Part shown: positions 58,234 through 64,000 of the stretch, piece after piece | How the letters are laid out: every line of letters begins with the position of its first letter | How positions within the stretch are numbered: position 1 is the first letter of the stretch | From: Candidatus Omnitrophota bacterium | GTDB taxonomy: Bacteria; Omnitrophota; Gorgyraeia; Zapsychrales; Fredricksoniimonadaceae | Reading direction: 5' to 3' | Assembly (NCBI GenBank): GCA_015233335.1 | Contig: JADFXX010000004.1 | Coordinates: 79,237-143,236 of the forward strand | DNA: 64,000 nucleotides | The notes under the pieces: model-generated | The model's input: the letters and a program-made list of their open reading frames with translations, nothing else | Told to the model about the DNA's origin: nothing | The model's database searches: none | Translations under genes and position numbers: made by a program

Positions 58234-58893
58234 CTATTGACCTGCTTTTGCGCTCATCGCCTCCTGAACAAACTCAGTATAATCCCTGTAACACTTTTGA
58301 TAAAAAGGCTGCGATTTTAAGCCTGCCCGCCATTTTTTAAGCGATGGAAACCGGTCTATGCTAATTTCAGCTAATTCACAAGGGTCAAGCACACTGAGCA
58401 AATTCATATCCGCAAGACTAAACTCCCTGCCGGCCAGATAAGCATTTGCGAACAACTGTTTATCTAAAACGGGGAAATATTTATCGAGAAACTCAAGCCC
58501 GACGCGCAGGGACTCGGGATCAACCTTTTGTCCTGTCATAGGGGCAAACACACGGTTATAAAGGACACGGCCCATAGCATTGGCCACATGGACTGCCACA
58601 TAATCTGTCCAGGCATCAATGATGGCCTTCTTTTTGGCATCCTGGGGATAGATCGATGAATTATTGATCGTCGCTAAATACCGGTTAATGGAGCAGCTTT
58701 CAAATAATTTAAATCCGTCTATGTCAATAGCCGGAATTTTACCCGTAGGGGAAATAGTTAAAAATTCCTGTGTCCGAGTTTCATTTGCCATCGGATTAGT
58801 CTGTTCCCAATCGTACTTCAAGTTTAAATAATTAAGACAATACCTCACCTTGCTAACACTTGACGAAATCCCGCTTCCATATAATTTAATCAT
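58234..58893 (-). CDS. Glutathione S-transferase family protein
   Basis: 219 aa. The N-terminal thioredoxin-like part is ISPTGKIPAIDIDGFKLFESCSINRYL. The C-terminal domain is helical. Confidence 0.85.
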   Translation of the reverse strand: MIKLYGSGISSSVSKVRYCLNYLNLKYDWEQTNPMANETRTQEFLTISPTGKIPAIDIDGFKLFESCSINRYLATINNSSIYPQDAKKKAIIDAWTDYVAVHVANAMGRVLYNRVFAPMTGQKVDPESLRVGLEFLDKYFPVLDKQLFANAYLAGREFSLADMNLLSVLDPCELAEISIDRFPSLKKWRAGLKSQPFYQKCYRDYTEFVQEAMSAKAGQ

Positions 58894-58965
58894 AACCCAC
58901 TCCTTATTTTTTTAATCTTTCTTGGCGAAATCAAACATCCCTTGACTCATGCTTCTTTATACATG

Positions 58966-58994
58966 AAAAAAATCATGACGGATAGGTCATGATT
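58966..58994 (-). terminator. Rho-independent terminator after the UbiA-fusion gene
   Basis: Minus strand: AATCATGAC, loop CTATCC, GTCATGATT, then TTTTT (7 T in total counting the last two stem bases). Confidence 0.7.
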
Positions 58995-59026
58995 CCTGTT
59001 TTTACTGATTTTTATCTACTATTCCT

Positions 59027-60550
59027 TCACTGCAAGTTAAACCAATACCTGATAAAAAGCTTTACGATCAAAAAAATGATGCTTAGAAGATATACAATAA
59101 ATATAGGCCTTTCAGAATAGTTCTTTCTATTGATCAAATAAAAAATAATGCCCCCTGATCCCAGCATCACAAATAACAGGTTGAGCTCTCTGACCAAAAA
59201 ATATGTCAAAGCATAGGATATTAAAAAACTCGACCCGATGATGATCTTGCTCTTTTTGAGGCCTAAAAGGGTAGGAAGAGTTTTGATACCGGCGTTTTTA
59301 TCCCCCAGATAATCCTTGATATCAATAAAATTAATGGCGGCGGTAAAGCAAACCAAATAGAAGAAAACAATGATCTTGGGGACCGCAACCATAACATCTC
59401 CTGCGGGAAGAGAGAACCCCAGTTCAAACAATAACAACGAATTTAATGATATGACCATCTTCGAAAAAAATGGAATTCTTTTTAACCGGAAAGGAGGCGA
59501 AGAATATAAAAAATAATTGATCATCCAAAGCAGAATAATAAAGAAGCATGTATACCCGACGGCACTCGCATAAACCAGCGCTAAAAGAAAAAAGAGCCAG
59601 GACAGACGGCTATAATGATCACTGGGGATAGTTTTTAATACTGTCGGCCTTCCTGTGTTTGATATCCTGTCAATATCGTAGTCCTCGATATTATTGACCA
59701 TAACAGAAAATAGCCATGCAAAAATAACAGCCGGGGGTATAAAAATCCAAAAGAAATTCAACTCCAGGGCTTGGACGCCGGAATTAAACGTAAAGACAAG
59801 CCCCAGAATAACCATTAACAGAAAATGAATGATCCGAAGAGGCCTTGAATCTTTCCAGATTTCAACGAAGTATTTTTTATTATAAAGATAAAATACGCCC
59901 ATACTTAAAGGCAGCATTAACAATACATAGAACCTGACGATCACGGCGTTCGCATAGGAAAAAGAGATCCCCAAAACATTAAAAAAAGCTTTCATACAAA
60001 ACGGCATGGCAATATAAATGAAGATATTGACATAAATGAAAAAAGCAAAAAAGACCGAGCGCAGGACTTTCTTCGTTTTAAGATAAAAATAAATGTAAGA
60101 CATAAAAATAACCAGCGCGATTTCAATGCGCTGCCCCGGAGTGCACCCTCCTTGTCCGTCGAAGGGCCCAAAGAAAAGAAAAAACCTCTGCAGCATATGG
60201 TCGTCTTCCCCGGGCATAAAGTAATAGACACCGAATCCCTGGCCGGAACTGATCAGGAAGTCTGCGATCGGGACAAGGCATAAAACTATAAAGCAGGGCA
60301 AAACAACCCTGGCAATTTTGTCAATAGGCTCCCTTGTGGCAAAATAAAAAATGATGACCAGCGACATCGCTAAGCATATATAGGATAGCGAATAATGAAT
60401 ATAGGCCTCTAAAGGAATTGCGCTTCTGGTAGAAAACAGTTCCAGATAACTTCTTAAAGTGATGGCACCGATAAACGTGAGAATAACATGACGAAATGGC
60501 GTTTGGGGATTTTCTTGATGCTGAATAATATGAAGGAAAAATTTTAGCAT
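59027..60550 (-). CDS. UbiA-superfamily prenyltransferase domain fused to an N-terminal polytopic domain of unknown function
   Basis: 507 aa. The C-terminal half carries both Asp-rich UbiA motifs (NNIEDYDIDR and DIKDYLGDKNAG). The N-terminal 240 aa or so are hydrophobic, with no motif I recognise. Confidence 0.7.
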   Translation of the reverse strand: MLKFFLHIIQHQENPQTPFRHVILTFIGAITLRSYLELFSTRSAIPLEAYIHYSLSYICLAMSLVIIFYFATREPIDKIARVVLPCFIVLCLVPIADFLISSGQGFGVYYFMPGEDDHMLQRFFLFFGPFDGQGGCTPGQRIEIALVIFMSYIYFYLKTKKVLRSVFFAFFIYVNIFIYIAMPFCMKAFFNVLGISFSYANAVIVRFYVLLMLPLSMGVFYLYNKKYFVEIWKDSRPLRIIHFLLMVILGLVFTFNSGVQALELNFFWIFIPPAVIFAWLFSVMVNNIEDYDIDRISNTGRPTVLKTIPSDHYSRLSWLFFLLALVYASAVGYTCFFIILLWMINYFLYSSPPFRLKRIPFFSKMVISLNSLLLFELGFSLPAGDVMVAVPKIIVFFYLVCFTAAINFIDIKDYLGDKNAGIKTLPTLLGLKKSKIIIGSSFLISYALTYFLVRELNLLFVMLGSGGIIFYLINRKNYSERPIFIVYLLSIIFLIVKLFIRYWFNLQ

Positions 60551-60558
60551 ACTAAAAA

Positions 60559-61860
60559 TTATCTGTTAACAGAACCTTTAAGCGGCTCGCGCAACAGGAC
60601 AAATGGCCCCGGATCTTCGGGATAAGAAATCCACCCGGACACAGCCCCGCCATGCAGCTCATTGATAGGCTGTCCTTCTTTATTAAAAAGCTCTTTGACG
60701 GATATTAAAATATTCTTCTGCGGCAGGCAAAGCTCATAGTTTCCGCCGACTTTAATGGAGTTTCTCGCCTCTACTTTAAAACGTCTTTTTAAAGCATCGT
60801 ATTCCCGCACAATTCCGGTATAACGATAAGATGAGTATTGAGAATTGCTCATTAAATATTCTTGACCCTGACTGCCCGGGGCGCCATGCAGGAACCCGTC
60901 AATAAAACCCCTGTTCGATGTAGACAACACTTCCTGCAATAGCTCTGGGTTATAAGGCTTGTCAGTGATCATATCATCAATGGCCCTGCGGTAGGCCCGG
61001 GTGATCATGGCTACATAATAAACAGACTTGGAGCGGCCCTCGACTTTAAAAGAACATACCCCTGCATCCCTCAACTGCCCCAGCAAATGTATAGCACAGA
61101 GATCTTTAGAATTCATTAAATAACTTCCGTTTTCATCTTCGTCCAACTCGAATAAATTCCCGGGGCGCTCTGATTCCATAAGGTAAAACTGCCCCTCAAG
61201 CGGTTCCTCAGCGCCAGTCCCCTTTGACGGATCATCTTTTTGATAAATCTTATACTGCCAACGGCAAGAATTGGTACAAGCCCCCTGATTGCCATCCCGG
61301 CGACTTAAGTAATTTGAGATCAGGCAGCGTCCTGAATAGGCCATACAGATGGCGCCATGAACAAAAGATTCCAATTCCATCTCAGGGCAAACTTCATGCA
61401 TCTGTCGTATTTCCTCGATAGTGATCTCCCGTGAGACAACGATCCTTTGGGCCCCATGATTCTGCCAGAATTTAACCGATGCATAGTTAATAACATTCGC
61501 CTGTACGGAAATATGAATGACCTGTTGGGGGAAATATTCTTTCATCAGCATAATAAGTCCGGGATCTGACATGATCCAGGCATCCGGCTGACAGATTGCG
61601 AGAAGTTGAGCGATATAGGTATTAAACGAGGCCAGTTTATGATTGTGAGGAAATACATTCGCCGTCACATAAACTTTTTTGCCCAAATTGTGGGCATAAT
61701 GAACCGCCGTCGCAACCTGCTCAAAATCTTTAAAACCATTCCCTCTGGAACGAAGAGAAAACCGGGGAATCCCAAGATACACCGCATCCGCGCCAAAAGC
61801 GAAGGCGTATCTCATTTTTTCCATGTCACCGGCTGGGATCAATAATTCTGGTCTGATCAA
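60559..61860 (-). CDS. Peptidase U32 family Fe-S enzyme (TrhP/YegQ / UbiU-like)
   Basis: 433 aa with a TTG start. The conserved N-terminus is PELLIPAG...GADAVYLG. The Cys motif CX6CX15CX3C is exact (CMAYSGRC...C TNS C). Confidence 0.85.
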   Translation of the reverse strand: MIRPELLIPAGDMEKMRYAFAFGADAVYLGIPRFSLRSRGNGFKDFEQVATAVHYAHNLGKKVYVTANVFPHNHKLASFNTYIAQLLAICQPDAWIMSDPGLIMLMKEYFPQQVIHISVQANVINYASVKFWQNHGAQRIVVSREITIEEIRQMHEVCPEMELESFVHGAICMAYSGRCLISNYLSRRDGNQGACTNSCRWQYKIYQKDDPSKGTGAEEPLEGQFYLMESERPGNLFELDEDENGSYLMNSKDLCAIHLLGQLRDAGVCSFKVEGRSKSVYYVAMITRAYRRAIDDMITDKPYNPELLQEVLSTSNRGFIDGFLHGAPGSQGQEYLMSNSQYSSYRYTGIVREYDALKRRFKVEARNSIKVGGNYELCLPQKNILISVKELFNKEGQPINELHGGAVSGWISYPEDPGPFVLLREPLKGSVNR

Positions 61861-61994
61861 GAATGCACTTTTCTAAAGCTGACAGTCCCTAAGCAAGCTT
61901 CAAATCTGTGTTCTACTTCTCTCCACAGCCTCTTGGCTTGTCCTTGCAGCACTGAACATATTATATACGATAATAAATCTTTGTTAACAATTTT

Positions 61995-62034
61995 AAAAAA
62001 CCCTTTACAAGGTTACAAAACCTTATAAAGGGTT
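61995..62034 (-). terminator. Rho-independent terminator after the RRM protein gene
   Basis: Minus strand: AACCCTTTATAAGGTT, loop TTGT, AACCTTGTAAAGGGTT, then TTTT (six consecutive T counting the last two stem bases). A weaker hairpin (CAGGTTC...GAACCTG then GTTTT) lies at 62037-62062. Confidence 0.7.
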
Positions 62035-62099
62035 ATAAAACCAGGTTCAAAGTTAGAACCTGTTTAATCCGTGAAATGCCCCAATTAGATCATGACAAA

Positions 62100-62420
62100 T
62101 CAATACCTCTTTTTGTGCCCAAGTCCGTTGCCGTGCCAATCACCTCCCTGATTCCTGTCCGTTGAGCGTGGATACTCCGTCTTCGCCCGGGCTTCGCTCA
62201 CATTGAGCACCAAGCCTAAGACTTCTTTGCCATGTAAGCCGCTGATGGCAGCTTCTGCTTCCTGCTGGGAAACCATTTCCACAAAACCGAAACCACGGGG
62301 GATCCCTGTAACCCTGTCTTTTAGGATCGTAACGCAGGAAACCACACCAAAATTCTCAAATTCCTTACGGAGACCTTCCTCTGTAGATGCATACGCCACA
62401 TTGCCCACAAAAATATTCAT
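62100..62420 (-). CDS. RRM-type RNA-binding protein
   Basis: 106 aa. RNP2 is IFVGNV, RNP1 is RGFGFVEM, and the C-terminal tail is Gly/Arg/His-rich. Confidence 0.88.
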   Translation of the reverse strand: MNIFVGNVAYASTEEGLRKEFENFGVVSCVTILKDRVTGIPRGFGFVEMVSQQEAEAAISGLHGKEVLGLVLNVSEARAKTEYPRSTDRNQGGDWHGNGLGHKKRY

Positions 62421-62751
62421 TGATAGCTCCTGTCTTTGGGACTTGCCCGTGCGTCTCCCAAAATCTTATTTAATTGACGTTGCGCGTGCCTACAGTTTTC
62501 CTGTCATGTAATGAAGGATCGGAGTGGTTGCGGCAGTAGACTTCCGCATTATAAATGCTCAATATGTGCTTACAGCGGAAATGCTTGCACTTTCTTCCTT
62601 TTCTATACATTATAAGTTTTTTAATAAAGGCTCCTTTTTTTGAAATCTCAATTCCGGTTCTTAAAAAAATGGTTGTGAGAAAATTCCGCGAAAGCGGCAT
62701 TTGAGGCAGGATGGATGATCTATCTAGGAGAGACCCTCGAATGTCAATTAG

Positions 62752-62780
62752 ATAATACTCCCCTTTACGGCGATAGTCAA
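62752..62780 (-). promoter_or_regulatory. Candidate sigma-70 promoter giving a leader of about 320 nt for the RRM protein gene
   Basis: The minus strand reads TTGACT (62780-62775), a 17-nt spacer, then TATTAT (62757-62752). Confidence 0.45.
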
Positions 62781-62793
62781 CTTCTTATAGAAT

Positions 62794-64000
62794 TTAAGCC
62801 TTCCCAACCCTGAATTTTTTACCTTTGATCTTTCCCGCATTTAAATGACCGATCGCATGTTCTAACCGATCATGGCTGATGGCCGCATAACTGTTGACCT
62901 CTAAAATATGGATTTTCCCGACCTCTTCGGGTTTAAGTCCCGCATCCTTCGTCAAGGCCCCCAGAATGTCCCCGGGACGAATATTGTCCTTGCGTCCGCC
63001 GCTAATATAGATGGTCGACATAAATGGGCGCATAACAATATCCTTAAACTTTTTTAATGAATTCAAATCCATGGTCGCGCAATCGATTTTTAAATACTCC
63101 CCAATGGTCCTTAAGATCGCGCGTTCCTGATGCGTGTATAAACTTAACGCGATCCCTTCCTGTCCGGCCCGTCCTGTACGCCCGATGCGGTGAACATAAA
63201 GCTCATGGTCAGAGGGCAGATCATAATTGATGACCATGCTCACATTCTTCACATCAAGCCCGCGGGAAGCCAGGTCCGTGGCCACCATGATCCGGCAGCT
63301 CTTATTATCAAACTTGATCAGTATTAATGTCCTCTCCTGCTGTTCCAAGTCTGAATGGATTTGCAGGGAATCGATCTTTTTTGTACGCAGCAAACCCGCC
63401 ACTTTATTGCACGTTTCCCTGCTGTTACAAAAAATAATGCAGGATTGCGGGCAGTAATGGGCCAAGAGGCGTAACAAGGCATCATTCTTCTCATTTTCTA
63501 CTTTAAAAAACAATTGTTTAATAGTGCCCGTCTGATGCTGGGAATCAATGGTCACCTGTGCGGCATCTTCCTGCAGGCTGGCGCTCAATGTTTTAATGCC
63601 ATTGGGAAACGTTGCAGAAAACAGCATCGTTTGGCGGTCCGTAGGCGTAAATGAGGCAATGTGATTGATTTCAGCAACCGTTCCCATTTCAAGCAGCCGG
63701 TCCGCTTCATCCAGGACCAATACCTTAAGATCACAGGTGATGAGTACCCCTGTCTTTAGCAATTTAGTGATACGCCCCGGAGTGCCCACAACGATATGGG
63801 CCCCTTGCCTTAATGATTTGATCTTGTGGTGTTCCTCAACGCCTCCTGAAATGGTGAGGACCTTGATATTGCTGGTAAACCTTCCCAGCCGGCGAATTTC
63901 ACCTGCCACCTGCTCGGCCAGTTCGCGAGTGGGGACTAACACCAAAGCCTGCGGCATATGGTTTGTAAGGTCTAATTTGGCAAGGATCCCCAACGCGAAG
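62794..64000 (-). CDS. dbpA: DEAD-box ATP-dependent RNA helicase, DbpA type (N-terminus beyond the window end)
   Basis: Motifs: PTRELA, DEAD (VLDEAD), SAT, HRIGRTGRAG, and a C-terminal DbpA RNA-binding domain (GGRKDNIRPGDILGAL). The ORF is open to position 64000. Confidence 0.9.
   Translation of the reverse strand, partial: FALGILAKLDLTNHMPQALVLVPTRELAEQVAGEIRRLGRFTSNIKVLTISGGVEEHHKIKSLRQGAHIVVGTPGRITKLLKTGVLITCDLKVLVLDEADRLLEMGTVAEINHIASFTPTDRQTMLFSATFPNGIKTLSASLQEDAAQVTIDSQHQTGTIKQLFFKVENEKNDALLRLLAHYCPQSCIIFCNSRETCNKVAGLLRTKKIDSLQIHSDLEQQERTLILIKFDNKSCRIMVATDLASRGLDVKNVSMVINYDLPSDHELYVHRIGRTGRAGQEGIALSLYTHQERAILRTIGEYLKIDCATMDLNSLKKFKDIVMRPFMSTIYISGGRKDNIRPGDILGALTKDAGLKPEEVGKIHILEVNSYAAISHDRLEHAIGHLNAGKIKGKKFRVGKA

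Noticed and set aside
62470-62700. 76-aa ORF in the RRM gene leader. It includes a Cys/His-rich 46-aa version from ATG 62610 (MYRKGRKCKHFRCKHILSIYNAEVYCRNHSD...).
   Set aside because: The only AGGAG is about 22 nt from that ATG, which is too far. I recognise no family. It cannot be excluded as a small zinc-binding protein, but the support is insufficient.
1-64000. Scan for CRISPR arrays, rRNA, tmRNA/RNase P/SRP RNA, transposases, integrases, and toxin-antitoxin or restriction/defence genes.
   Set aside because: I saw no regularly spaced direct repeats, no rRNA-like sequence, and no recognisable mobile-element or defence-system proteins. The only repeats are the inverted-repeat elements reported above.

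Overview
Bacterial chromosomal window, moderate GC by eye. I cannot assign a lineage from the sequence alone. About 60 protein genes are packed tightly and almost all lie on the minus strand; only 4 are on the plus strand. Order from the window start: (1) translation and transcription core: rplA (partial), rplK, nusG, secE, tRNA-Trp, rpmG, tRNA-Thr, with no tuf; then tyrS, rpsA, plsC. (2) a complete kdp locus, kdpF-A-B-C-D-E, with an extra tiny hydrophobic ORF upstream. (3) a four-gene run with overlapping stop and start codons: aminotransferase, BamE-like lipoprotein, Wzy_C membrane protein, mgtA. (4) aroD tightly coupled to an atypical long SDR. (5) rpoD, dnaG, cvpA, smc. (6) a 550-bp gene-free island built from nested inverted repeats. 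(7) GH1 beta-glucosidase and a lone flippase. (8) an ECF sigma / anti-sigma / DUF3106 cluster that continues into an orphan PilT-like ATPase and two paralogous secreted charged-repeat proteins, facing a large outer-membrane protein. (9) CNNM, SulP, PPK2, DipZ and several exported Cys-containing proteins of unknown function. (10) a CHASE hybrid histidine kinase with a binding protein. (11) an ars operon (DUF134 protein, ACR3, ArsC) with a near-consensus promoter and palindromic operator. (12) GST, a UbiA-fusion membrane protein, a U32 Fe-S enzyme, an RRM RNA-binding protein and dbpA (partial). I found no rRNA, CRISPR array, transposase, integrase or phage genes. The best candidates for something undescribed are: the DUF134-headed ars operon, where DUF134 may be an arsenite-sensing repressor; the ECF sigma cluster with PilT-like ATPase and periplasmic repeat proteins; and a hairpin repeat family whose two copies differ by compensatory base-pair changes. 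All functional calls come from reading the translations by eye. No database search was run.
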